Part shown: positions 27,155 through 35,774 of the stretch, piece by piece
Position numbering within the stretch: position 1 is the first letter of the stretch
Layout: every line of letters starts with the position of its first letter
Origin: a virus
Taxonomy: Duplodnaviria; Caudoviricetes
IMG/VR virus record: IMGVR_UViG_3300042361_000498
Length of the DNA: 64,000 nucleotides
Direction: 5' to 3' (one strand)
Position numbers and translations under genes: made by a program
Notes under the pieces: generated by a model
The model's database searches: none
What the model was told of the DNA's origin: nothing
Seen by the model: the letters and a program-made list of their open reading frames with translations, nothing else

Positions 27155-27155
27155 A

Positions 27156-27187
27156 TTTGGAAATATCAAAAAGTTTTATTATATTTG
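27156..27187 (+). promoter_or_regulatory. Canonical sigma-A promoter
   Basis: TTTG, N20, TATATTTG. Confidence 0.8.
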
Positions 27188-27191
27188 TAAC

Positions 27192-27854
27192 ATGAGAAAT
27201 TATACTGAACAACAATTACAAGAGAACTACGAAAAGTTCCTAAACTTCATTCGTAAAGCATTCGCTAACCAACCGGAACGAATGGAGAAATTATTACATA
27301 TGTATTCCGAAGACCAATTGGGTATGGAATTAATAATGGCACCTGCAAGTGGTAAGGCTCATTTCCATTCAGCATATGTTGGTGGTTATATTGACCATGT
27401 TATGAATGTATGTAAGAATTCAATCGGTCAGATGAATCAATTTAAAGCCAATGGTGGTACTATTGATTTTGAAGTCGAAGAGTTACTATTTGCAGCATTA
27501 CATCACGACTTAGGAAAGTTAGGAGATTTGGGTAAACCATATTATGTAGAACAAGAATCAGATTGGCATCGTAAGAATCAAGGTTCCCTATTCAAACAAA
27601 ATCCAAACATTAATTACTTTGATGTAACACATAGAGCCCTATGGTTATTACAAGAATATGGGATTAAGTTTACCCAAAAAGAAATGTTGGGTATTATGTT
27701 GGCGGATGGTTTGTATAATAAAGGAAACGAAAAATACTTTATTTCATATGATGAAAACTTCCAATTAAAAACTGAATTACCATATCTATTACATTGGGCA
27801 GACCATATGAGTTGCCGTATTGAAAATAGTGAATATAAGAATGGGGTTGTTTAA
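27192..27854 (+). CDS. HD-domain phosphohydrolase
   Basis: APAS...HSAYVGGYIDH, LHHDLGK, HWADH; start moved to ATG 27192. Confidence 0.85.
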   Translation: MRNYTEQQLQENYEKFLNFIRKAFANQPERMEKLLHMYSEDQLGMELIMAPASGKAHFHSAYVGGYIDHVMNVCKNSIGQMNQFKANGGTIDFEVEELLFAALHHDLGKLGDLGKPYYVEQESDWHRKNQGSLFKQNPNINYFDVTHRALWLLQEYGIKFTQKEMLGIMLADGLYNKGNEKYFISYDENFQLKTELPYLLHWADHMSCRIENSEYKNGVV

Positions 27855-27954
27855 TTTTTAGACAACCTTATATTTATATAGGATGGAGCTGGCCAGCACA
27901 TCCTCGTATTATCCAAAAGGAAATACAAACTTAACGCTTAAACAAGGTAAAAAA

Positions 27955-28434
27955 ATGAAAAATCAAATCCAAAGGGGATTCCCTAACCCCGTATTTAGGG
28001 ATGAGTTCTTCTCACCATTAGATACTTTATTCGATAAAGTATTTTCAGAATCATTTCCTGAATTATCAAAGGAAATAGGTATTAATCCATTCCAACAAAA
28101 TGCTTATCCAAAATGTGACATCATTAATTTTGATGACCGTATTGAGATTGTAGCAGAAGTTCCTGGTCTAACCAAAGAACAAATTACCATTGATGTAGAT
28201 GGTGATGTAATTACATTAAAAGGAGAAAAAGCAAACAAAGCAAACGAAAAAGAAGGTGGTACATATCTTCGTAGAGAAGTTAAACGTTCATCGTTTCTAA
28301 GAAGTTTTACTGCTGATTCTAAAATCTTTGATTTAGATAATGTAAAAGCATCATTTGAAGATGGGGTATTGGAATTACAGATACCAAAGAGGGAACCTGA
28401 ACAACCAAAAAAGAGAACTATTAAGATAGGTTAA
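27955..28434 (+). CDS. Small heat-shock protein (Hsp20/alpha-crystallin)
   Basis: AEVPGL.KE.I, RSSFLRSF, ASFEDGVLELQIPK; start moved to ATG 27955. Confidence 0.92.
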   Translation: MKNQIQRGFPNPVFRDEFFSPLDTLFDKVFSESFPELSKEIGINPFQQNAYPKCDIINFDDRIEIVAEVPGLTKEQITIDVDGDVITLKGEKANKANEKEGGTYLRREVKRSSFLRSFTADSKIFDLDNVKASFEDGVLELQIPKREPEQPKKRTIKIG

Positions 28435-28447
28435 TAATAAAAAAATG

Positions 28448-28480
28448 AGGGAGTGGGTGTCAATATTCACTCCCTTTTTA
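28448..28480 (+). terminator. Intrinsic terminator after hsp20
   Basis: AGGGAGTG...CACTCCCT followed by T-tract. Confidence 0.75.
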
Positions 28481-28510
28481 TTTTTGTTATATTTATACTA
28501 AAGAATTTAT

Positions 28511-28690
28511 ATGAAACCCGAATACAAACAAAAGGCTCAAGAGAATTTAGAAGCTATTTCAAAGAGAGCAAAAGTTATTTCCGAAATGTTGCATGGTGAG
28601 AGACCGGCTAATGAGGAAGAAGCTAAGAGATTAGCAAGAGAGATTGAAAGATTGGTTGAACTTACTACTAACATAGTAGATTTATCATAA
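28511..28690 (+). CDS. Small helical hypothetical protein (59 aa)
   Basis: MKPEYKQKAQENLEAI..., read manually after the late motif at 28489. Confidence 0.6.
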   Translation: MKPEYKQKAQENLEAISKRAKVISEMLHGERPANEEEAKRLAREIERLVELTTNIVDLS

Positions 28691-28693
28691 TAT

Positions 28694-29929
28694 ATGAATT
28701 GGCTTAAAGTGCTTTTATTTATGGCTGCTATTGCAGTAGCTGGGACAGGAGCATACTTTTCGGTGACTGGATTGGGTGTTCTATTTAGTGGAGCATCTAC
28801 CGCTGTTATTGTTATGGCATCTACTTTGGAGTTCGCTAAATTAGTAACCGCATCATACCTTGAACAAAAATGGCAAGAAACCACATTATTTCTAAAAGTT
28901 TACTTAACATCAGCCGTATTTATACTAATGCTCATCACATCGGCTGGTATCTTTGGCTACTTATCTAATGCTTTTCAGCAACAAAACATCAAATTACAAC
29001 AAATAGATAGAGAAATTTTGGTATTTCAAACAAAAATTGACCAAAATAATTCTCAAATAGAGCAATTATCAACCCAAATTAACGAATCAAACAAAAATCA
29101 GACAACCATATTGGGTAAGGGTAAGGTAAACAACCGACTCTTACGTTCAATTGACAACAAAGACCGTCAAATTGGTAAAATTAACGATAAAATTTCCAAA
29201 TTACAGGAAGATAACGCTAAAAATAACGAAGAAATCAACAAAATCAGGTTAAATAACTTGGATTTAGAAAAAGAAGTGGGTGGATTTAAGTTTGTTGCCC
29301 AAGCATTTGATGTAGAATTGGATAAAGTAGTAAAATGGTTTATGTTTTTGATTGTTTTTGTGTTTGACCCACTTGCAATCGCTTTAGTTTTAGCATTAAA
29401 CAAACTTTTAAAGGAAAATAAGCCAAAAACTGAAGAAAATGAACCTTTAGTGGAAAAAAATTACGAAATTTACGGAGATAGTGGAAAAATTGCATCAATA
29501 AATGAGATTTTAAGTGTTAATGTGGAAAATAATCAACAAATGGGTTTGTATGAACCACCATTTGATAATCCATTAATAGATAATGAAGAAATATTCACCG
29601 AAGAGGATAAAAAAGCATTAGAACCTGAAATTACTGATGAAATACTATTAAATCTACAAACCGATTACTCAAAACGAGCAATTGATGTGGATGGTGATGG
29701 TAGTGTCGATGGATATGATACTGATGGTGATGGTTTAATTAATATTATCAGAGCAGAGCACCCAAGCAGAGCTGAAGAAGTTAAAACAAAATTACCATAC
29801 TACGCAAGAGGTAATTTTAATTGGTCTGATAGAAAGAATTGGATAAATGACCAAAATGCAGTAAACTATTGGATTAAGCATATTAAACAATCTCAATATC
29901 CTGAAGATTTCTCTGGAAAATCTTATTAA
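28694..29929 (+). CDS. Multi-pass membrane protein with coiled coil and DxDxDG motifs
   Basis: Three N-terminal TMs, coiled coil, TM VFVFDPLAIALV, DVDGDGSVDGYDTDGDG. Confidence 0.7.
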   Translation: MNWLKVLLFMAAIAVAGTGAYFSVTGLGVLFSGASTAVIVMASTLEFAKLVTASYLEQKWQETTLFLKVYLTSAVFILMLITSAGIFGYLSNAFQQQNIKLQQIDREILVFQTKIDQNNSQIEQLSTQINESNKNQTTILGKGKVNNRLLRSIDNKDRQIGKINDKISKLQEDNAKNNEEINKIRLNNLDLEKEVGGFKFVAQAFDVELDKVVKWFMFLIVFVFDPLAIALVLALNKLLKENKPKTEENEPLVEKNYEIYGDSGKIASINEILSVNVENNQQMGLYEPPFDNPLIDNEEIFTEEDKKALEPEITDEILLNLQTDYSKRAIDVDGDGSVDGYDTDGDGLINIIRAEHPSRAEEVKTKLPYYARGNFNWSDRKNWINDQNAVNYWIKHIKQSQYPEDFSGKSY

Positions 29930-29932
29930 AAA

Positions 29933-29964
29933 TTTGGATTTCTCATAAATAATTTGTATATTTG
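29933..29964 (+). promoter_or_regulatory. Canonical sigma-A promoter
   Basis: TTTG, N20, TATATTTG. Confidence 0.8.
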
Positions 29965-29986
29965 TTTTCAACATTCAAATAACACT

Positions 29987-30880
29987 ATGAATTTAGGATA
30001 CGCGTGTATCAATATGAGTTTAGGAAAGAACGTAACTACAAATCGTTCTATGGTTAAACGTACATTCAATCAAAAAGGTTTAGATTATGTTTCGGAACTT
30101 GCATTAGCAAACGCCAAAGATGTACTCAAAATATTAGTGTGGAATAAGAACAATAATATAAAGTTCTTTCGTTTATCATCAGCGCTCGTTCCTTGGGGTG
30201 ATGGTTTGGACCTAACAACCTTAAAAGATTATGATGAGATAAGTATCGCACTTCGTAGAGCAGGTGATTACGCTAAAGCAAATGGTATTAGAATTAATTC
30301 ACATCCTGGTCCATTCAATGTATTACCATCTCCAAACGAATCCGTTGTTCAAAAGACTTTTGCTGATTTAGAATTACATGGTAAAATATTTGACCTTATA
30401 GGGTTATCACTAACTCACTATAATAATATAAACATTCATTGTAATGGTGTTTATGGTGATAAACAATCTGCGATGGATAGATTGATTACAAACTTCAAAA
30501 GACTCTCTCCAAGCGTACGCAAACGATTGACATTGGAGAATGATGATAAGGCTTCTATGTATTCCGTAAAAGACCTTATGTACATCCATAAACATACAGG
30601 CATTCCAATTGTATTTGATTACCACCACCACCAATTTTGTACAGGTGGATTGAGTGAAGAAGAAGCACTTAAATTAGCAGCAACAACTTGGCCCAACGAT
30701 ATAAGACAAGAAGTTCATTATTCGGAGTCAAAAGCATTACATGAAAATAACCCAAAAGAAAAACCACAATCACATTCCTATCTTATTAATACCCTCCCCA
30801 ATACATATGGGTTGGATTTGGACATTATGGTTGAAGCAAAAGGAAAGGAATTAGCAATATTACCATTTATTAAAAAATAA
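29987..30880 (+). CDS. uvsE: UV-damage endonuclease
   Basis: LGYACIN, FFRLSS, HPGPF, LENDD, FDYHHH, HYSES, MVEAKGKE; start moved to ATG 29987. Confidence 0.92.
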   Translation: MNLGYACINMSLGKNVTTNRSMVKRTFNQKGLDYVSELALANAKDVLKILVWNKNNNIKFFRLSSALVPWGDGLDLTTLKDYDEISIALRRAGDYAKANGIRINSHPGPFNVLPSPNESVVQKTFADLELHGKIFDLIGLSLTHYNNINIHCNGVYGDKQSAMDRLITNFKRLSPSVRKRLTLENDDKASMYSVKDLMYIHKHTGIPIVFDYHHHQFCTGGLSEEEALKLAATTWPNDIRQEVHYSESKALHENNPKEKPQSHSYLINTLPNTYGLDLDIMVEAKGKELAILPFIKK

Positions 30881-30884
30881 AATT

Positions 30885-31286
30885 ATGGATACGAACACAA
30901 CATTAAAAATTACATTAGGTACAATACTAATAGTTGGAATTATAGCAATGACAATAGTATCAATAGGATTTAGTATGAATGATAAAGATAAATCGGTTGT
31001 TGCAATGAGTAGAGAAAACTATCAGATTCAAACTCATACAATAGATTCATTGACTAGAGTAGTTGATAGTTTAGAAATAGAAATACATTCACAAGCACAA
31101 AAGTTTGATAATACCGAAAAAAAATACAAAGAAATCCTATTTGAATATGAATTGGGAATTGATAGAATCGAAAACTATCATCCAAAAGCATATGAGGATT
31201 TCCATAGGATATTAGCATATAGAGAAGATTATAGTAGAGAAGCAGAAATTGAAAACAAAAAAAGATTAAATGAATACAATAGATAA
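30885..31286 (+). CDS. Membrane-anchored coiled-coil protein
   Basis: N-terminal TM. Confidence 0.6.
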   Translation: MDTNTTLKITLGTILIVGIIAMTIVSIGFSMNDKDKSVVAMSRENYQIQTHTIDSLTRVVDSLEIEIHSQAQKFDNTEKKYKEILFEYELGIDRIENYHPKAYEDFHRILAYREDYSREAEIENKKRLNEYNR

Positions 31287-32421
31287 AAAGTATCAACAAT
31301 TACTTAATGATATTATTGAATTTGGTGTAGAAAAAAAAGATAGAACCGGAACAGGTACTATATCAGAGTTTGGACATCAAATACGACATAAGATGAGTGA
31401 GGGGTTTCCATTACTTACTACAAAAAAGATGCATTGGAATTCCATTGTGACAGAACTCCTATGGTTTTTAAGAGGTGATACTAACATCAAATTCCTATTG
31501 GATTACGATTGCCACATTTGGGATGGTGATACATATAAGAACTATGTAAGTAAAGTTGAAGAATATACATCTACATTAAATGTTCCTAATGATATATCCG
31601 AATTTCAAGAAGTAATGGATTCAGTAGGAAACCAAATAAAGAGTAGTGTATTATCAAAAGAAGAATTCATTAAACAAATCAAAACCAATAATGAGTTTGC
31701 AAAGAAGTGGGGAGATTTAGGTCCAATCTATGGTAAGCAATGGAGGCAATGGCAAGGGTGGATGCAATATAAGAGAGATGATGGTTCAAACGGATTTGGT
31801 TCATTGTGGTATGACCAAATCCTACAATTAGTTCATTCCTTAAAAACAAATCCAGATAGTAGAAGATTGATGGTATCAGCTTGGAACGTAGCGGAGTTAG
31901 ACCAAATGGTTTTACCACCTTGTCATTATGGATTCCAAGTTTATACAAGAGAGTTGAGTAAATTTGAAAGAAGTAGACATATGGGATTACCAGAAGGTGA
32001 ACATTTTTTAGATGATGTATTAGATAAACATAACATTCCTAAACGTGCAATCTCTTTAATGTGGAATCAACGTAGTTGTGATACATTTTTGGGATTACCT
32101 TTTAACATAGCATCTTATGCATTACTATTAGAGATTATTGCGAAAGAAGTAAATATGGTGCCGGAAGATTTGATTGGTAATTTGGGAGATGTACATTTAT
32201 ATAAAAACCATATCGAACAAGCCAAAGAACAAATCAGTAGAGAACCTTATAGTTTACCAAAAGTTGAAATCACCGAAAGGAATTGGTATCAGCACGAAAA
32301 AGTAAAAGAGAATTTAGGACCAAAAACATTTAGAGATATAATACTATCTTATAGACCTGATTGTTTTGAATTAATAGGTTACGAATCACATCCAAAAATT
32401 AAAGCACCATTATCAAATTAA
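31270..32421 (+). CDS. thyA: Thymidylate synthase
   Basis: DRTGTGT, FPLLTTKK, ELLWFLRG, LGPIYGKQWR, LPPCH, QRSCDTFLGLPFN, GDVHLY. Confidence 0.95.
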   Translation: MNTIDKKYQQLLNDIIEFGVEKKDRTGTGTISEFGHQIRHKMSEGFPLLTTKKMHWNSIVTELLWFLRGDTNIKFLLDYDCHIWDGDTYKNYVSKVEEYTSTLNVPNDISEFQEVMDSVGNQIKSSVLSKEEFIKQIKTNNEFAKKWGDLGPIYGKQWRQWQGWMQYKRDDGSNGFGSLWYDQILQLVHSLKTNPDSRRLMVSAWNVAELDQMVLPPCHYGFQVYTRELSKFERSRHMGLPEGEHFLDDVLDKHNIPKRAISLMWNQRSCDTFLGLPFNIASYALLLEIIAKEVNMVPEDLIGNLGDVHLYKNHIEQAKEQISREPYSLPKVEITERNWYQHEKVKENLGPKTFRDIILSYRPDCFELIGYESHPKIKAPLSN

Positions 32422-32432
32422 AAAATAATAAT

Positions 32433-33005
32433 ATGAAAATTAAAAAAATTGAGCAATCGCCTGTTACAAAAGAAGATATTGCAAAGTATAAAGAATTGGT
32501 ACAACATAGAGAAGGTATGATGCATACTGCTAATGATGTTGGAATGAATAAAAGAATTGTTACCTTTAGACCCGATACAAAAGATACCGAACTTACATTA
32601 GTAAATCCTCGTATTGTAGAAGGTTCGGATAACGCAGTTGTTTATTTTGAAAAGGATAACTACAAAGATAAAATCCGCAAGACTGTTCGATTATCACATT
32701 TAGTTATTGAAACTGATAATTTGGGTAAGATGGAATTCAAATCAGATAAAACAAATTGGAAAAACGCCGATGAGTTTATGGAAGATGCTGGTTTATTTGA
32801 ATCGGTTCATATTCAAAAACTAATTGATGCTATTGATGGTATTGAATTAACACATCCATCTCGTCAATACAAAGAGACTGTGAGTGTAAAAACAAAGTTG
32901 GGAAGAAACGAAAGAGTTATGTTACAATCACCGGAAGGTGAGATGGCATTTGTGAAAGCAAAACAAGCTGATTCATATTACCAAATGGGATATAGAGCAA
33001 TTTAA
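32433..33005 (+). CDS. Peptide-deformylase-like protein lacking catalytic motifs
   Basis: ANDVG..KRI, LVNPRIV, QKLIDAIDGI align to PDF but lack GxGxAAxQ, EGCLS and HExxH. Confidence 0.6.
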   Translation: MKIKKIEQSPVTKEDIAKYKELVQHREGMMHTANDVGMNKRIVTFRPDTKDTELTLVNPRIVEGSDNAVVYFEKDNYKDKIRKTVRLSHLVIETDNLGKMEFKSDKTNWKNADEFMEDAGLFESVHIQKLIDAIDGIELTHPSRQYKETVSVKTKLGRNERVMLQSPEGEMAFVKAKQADSYYQMGYRAI

Positions 33006-33008
33006 TTT

Positions 33009-33269
33009 ATGGCAAAGTTAATATTTAATATAGATAACGATAACTTCAGAGAAGCATCTAACATAGAACTTATTGTGCCCGATGATATGGATATTTGGGA
33101 ATACAAAATAATGTGTACCCGATTAGCCGCAGCAATGGGATATACCGAATCAACTATCAAAAGAGCATTCGGAGAAGAGAAATACAATCACACCGAAGAT
33201 GAGTTACGAATCAGAGAATTTTTAGAAATAATCAATGTTTACACCGGTTCACTAATAAACACAATATAA
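33009..33269 (+). CDS. Hypothetical protein
   Basis: ORF track. Confidence 0.65.
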   Translation: MAKLIFNIDNDNFREASNIELIVPDDMDIWEYKIMCTRLAAAMGYTESTIKRAFGEEKYNHTEDELRIREFLEIINVYTGSLINTI

Positions 33270-33514
33270 TGAACGAATTAGAAAGACAAATTTTATCATC
33301 ACAAATTTTAGTAGAATCGTTGGCAGATATACTAATCCAAAAAGGAATTATGACTCAAGTTGAAATTCAAAAGTTATGTCAAGAAAGAGTTGATTCACTA
33401 ACTTCCGAATTAAAGAAGGAACAAAAGAAGCAAGTAAAGAAAACAAAAACAAAACAATCCGATTCGGAGATACTTACAACTATGTTTATGGGTAATCAAA
33501 TTGGGGAAGCATAA
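33269..33514 (+). CDS. Hypothetical protein
   Basis: ORF track. Confidence 0.6.
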   Translation: MNELERQILSSQILVESLADILIQKGIMTQVEIQKLCQERVDSLTSELKKEQKKQVKKTKTKQSDSEILTTMFMGNQIGEA

Positions 33515-33529
33515 AAACTTTCCCAATAA

Positions 33530-33561
33530 TTTGGTTTATTCGAAATAATGTTGTATCTTTG
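33530..33561 (+). promoter_or_regulatory. Canonical sigma-A promoter heading the sigma-factor operon
   Basis: TTTG, N20, TATCTTTG. Confidence 0.8.
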
Positions 33562-33582
33562 TAAGATATAAACAAATAAATT

Positions 33583-33849
33583 ATGATATTGTTATATACA
33601 ATCCTAACAATCTCCATTATTTTTAATATTATTCTTTTTATAAGAGGTATGATATTGGTGAAACAAAACGAAGAACTAGCTGATGCAATTTTAGAAGCTG
33701 ATGATGTAGTTGAAGAATCACAAACAACATTGGAGAAAATGTTAGATGAGATGAGAGCCTTAGATATAAAAGGTTCTTTCGAAGCAGATGATGAAGTAGG
33801 AGCGGTTTTTACCGAACTTAAAAACCTCATCGAAAAATATAAAAACTAA
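33583..33849 (+). CDS. Membrane-anchored coiled-coil protein
   Basis: N-terminal TM. Confidence 0.65.
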   Translation: MILLYTILTISIIFNIILFIRGMILVKQNEELADAILEADDVVEESQTTLEKMLDEMRALDIKGSFEADDEVGAVFTELKNLIEKYKN

Positions 33850-33857
33850 TCTAACTA

Positions 33858-34607
33858 ATGCCAAGAAAGAAAAAAAGTAAAATATACTTTTCGCAAGATA
33901 CCGAAAACGCAATTATAGAGTATAATAAATCAAAAGATTATGTAAAGAGAAATAGGATATATGTGGAAAGTATTCAGTATCCTTTTGAAAAATTAGCAGA
34001 AAATATTCTAAACACATTTAAGTTCACATACTTTGATGTACCTAAAGCAGATGTTCAGAGAGAGGTGGTATCTACTCTAATTGAAAAGATACACATGTTT
34101 AAAGAAGGTAGAGGTAAAGCATTCTCTTACTTCAGTATTGTTGCTAAGAACCACTTAATCTTAAAGAACAACGGAAACTATAAGAGGTTTAAGAAAACTG
34201 CTCTACTATCCGAAATGCCGGAAACTTGGAATCCACCAAATGATTTTGAAGAAGTACAAACCGGTGCGGAGTTTATGGAGTTCAGAGATTTAATGTTGGC
34301 GTATTGGGATAAACATCTAACAAGAGTATTTACAAAGAAAAGAGATATCCAAATTGCAGATGCGGTATTAGAACTATTCCGTAGAAGTCAATACATCGAA
34401 AACTTTAATAAGAAACATCTATATCTCCTTATTAGAGAAATGACAGATTGTAAGACACACTACATTACAAAAGTGGTAAACGAAATGAAGAAACATCAGA
34501 CAAAGATGTTAAATGATTACTTAGACCACGGATATGTAAAGGATGAGAATAACGATTTTTGGGAAGAGGAATACTTATATGAAACGGAACAAATAGACGA
34601 AGATTAA
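33858..34607 (+). CDS. Phage sigma factor, T4 gp55-like (late transcription)
   Basis: YFSQDTENAIIEY, KLAENI...F, KAFSYFSIVAKN resembles gp55 region 2 (AFxYF). Confidence 0.7.
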   Translation: MPRKKKSKIYFSQDTENAIIEYNKSKDYVKRNRIYVESIQYPFEKLAENILNTFKFTYFDVPKADVQREVVSTLIEKIHMFKEGRGKAFSYFSIVAKNHLILKNNGNYKRFKKTALLSEMPETWNPPNDFEEVQTGAEFMEFRDLMLAYWDKHLTRVFTKKRDIQIADAVLELFRRSQYIENFNKKHLYLLIREMTDCKTHYITKVVNEMKKHQTKMLNDYLDHGYVKDENNDFWEEEYLYETEQIDED

Positions 34608-34609
34608 AA

Positions 34610-34981
34610 ATGGAAGATATAGCATCAATGTTTTTTCATAGTAGAACACAAGCTCACCAATTTCATACATTGACAACTGGTGAAGGTTCATACGCAAGAC
34701 ATAAGGCATTAAAAAAATATTACGAAGAAATCGTACCATTGATTGATGGAATTATAGAAGCATATCAGGGTATGTATGGTTTAATTTCTTACAAAAAAGT
34801 TGCAGGTGTTGATAATGATGCTACTAAAGAAAACATATTAAATTATTTTGATGATTTGATTAAGTTTTTGGAAACAAAAAGAAAAGATGAAAAACTACAA
34901 GTAAGTTGGATTCAAAATGAGTTAGATAATTTGGCAAAACTCTTATACTCAACTAAATATAAACTAACTTATTTAGGATAA
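34610..34981 (+). CDS. Ferritin/Dps-like four-helix phage protein
   Basis: HQFH......YARHKAL..YYE...LID...EAYQG. Confidence 0.7.
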   Translation: MEDIASMFFHSRTQAHQFHTLTTGEGSYARHKALKKYYEEIVPLIDGIIEAYQGMYGLISYKKVAGVDNDATKENILNYFDDLIKFLETKRKDEKLQVSWIQNELDNLAKLLYSTKYKLTYLG

Positions 34982-35007
34982 TAAAAAAATAAGAAAGTAC
35001 TAAAATT

Positions 35008-35045
35008 AAGGTGTTTGATATTTATATTCGGACACCTTTTTTTAT
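35008..35045 (+). terminator. Terminator whose loop contains ATATTTATA
   Basis: AAGGTGTTTG-ATATTTATATT-CGGACACCTT followed by T-tract. Confidence 0.7.
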
Positions 35046-35102
35046 GTCCTATCAATATGTTACATAGTTAAAAAATTAGACAGGGATTGTACCCTATATT
35101 TT

Positions 35103-35774
35103 ATGAAAAATAATGTAACATCAATTGGTTTAAACGTTAGTGAGTTAGGTACTAACTTTCTATTGTTCATCGTATCTTCTATTGTAGCAATAGGATTATG
35201 TACTCAAGCATATTTTATATATCTTAATGTTTCTGGTAACAACGAAACTGCTAGAAACTTATCAACTAAATTTGATGAGAAGTTTAATGGGTATTACAAA
35301 AACACACCAGGCAACATATTCTATAATGATGATGATACAATATATCATATGGAAGAAAACGAAGTGTGGGTTGACGGTGTAACTAATCAAGTTAAAATTG
35401 GTAAGTTAGCCGGAAATCGTAATTTAGAATTTGGAGTTAAAAACATATTGGAAGAGTATATTCAGGAAACCGGATTTGCTCTAACTGAAAACGCAAGTAA
35501 AAAAATTAAAGTTGAGATAATATATTTAGATGTACTCACAACAAAAAAGAACATATCGGTTTTTCATAGTAATGAAGAAGAGGTAGTTATTCGTTTACGT
35601 GGAATGTTATATAAAGATGGTAAAAAAGTGAAAGATGTTATAGTGGAGGAATCATCATCGGAAGTATCAATGTCAACGCTGATAGTAGACGGTGGTGGTA
35701 AGTTCAATCAAACTTCTTTAAGCAATGCGCTGAAGAAAGGTTCTGGTAAACTTATTACTAAACTATTTCAGTAA
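35103..35774 (+). CDS. Membrane-anchored CsgG-like protein (paralogue of 42085-42804)
   Basis: TM; FGVKNILEEYIQ and KFNQTSLSNALKK match LGVANISMEYLE and KFNQSTIGTSTKK. Confidence 0.55.
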   Translation: MKNNVTSIGLNVSELGTNFLLFIVSSIVAIGLCTQAYFIYLNVSGNNETARNLSTKFDEKFNGYYKNTPGNIFYNDDDTIYHMEENEVWVDGVTNQVKIGKLAGNRNLEFGVKNILEEYIQETGFALTENASKKIKVEIIYLDVLTTKKNISVFHSNEEEVVIRLRGMLYKDGKKVKDVIVEESSSEVSMSTLIVDGGGKFNQTSLSNALKKGSGKLITKLFQ

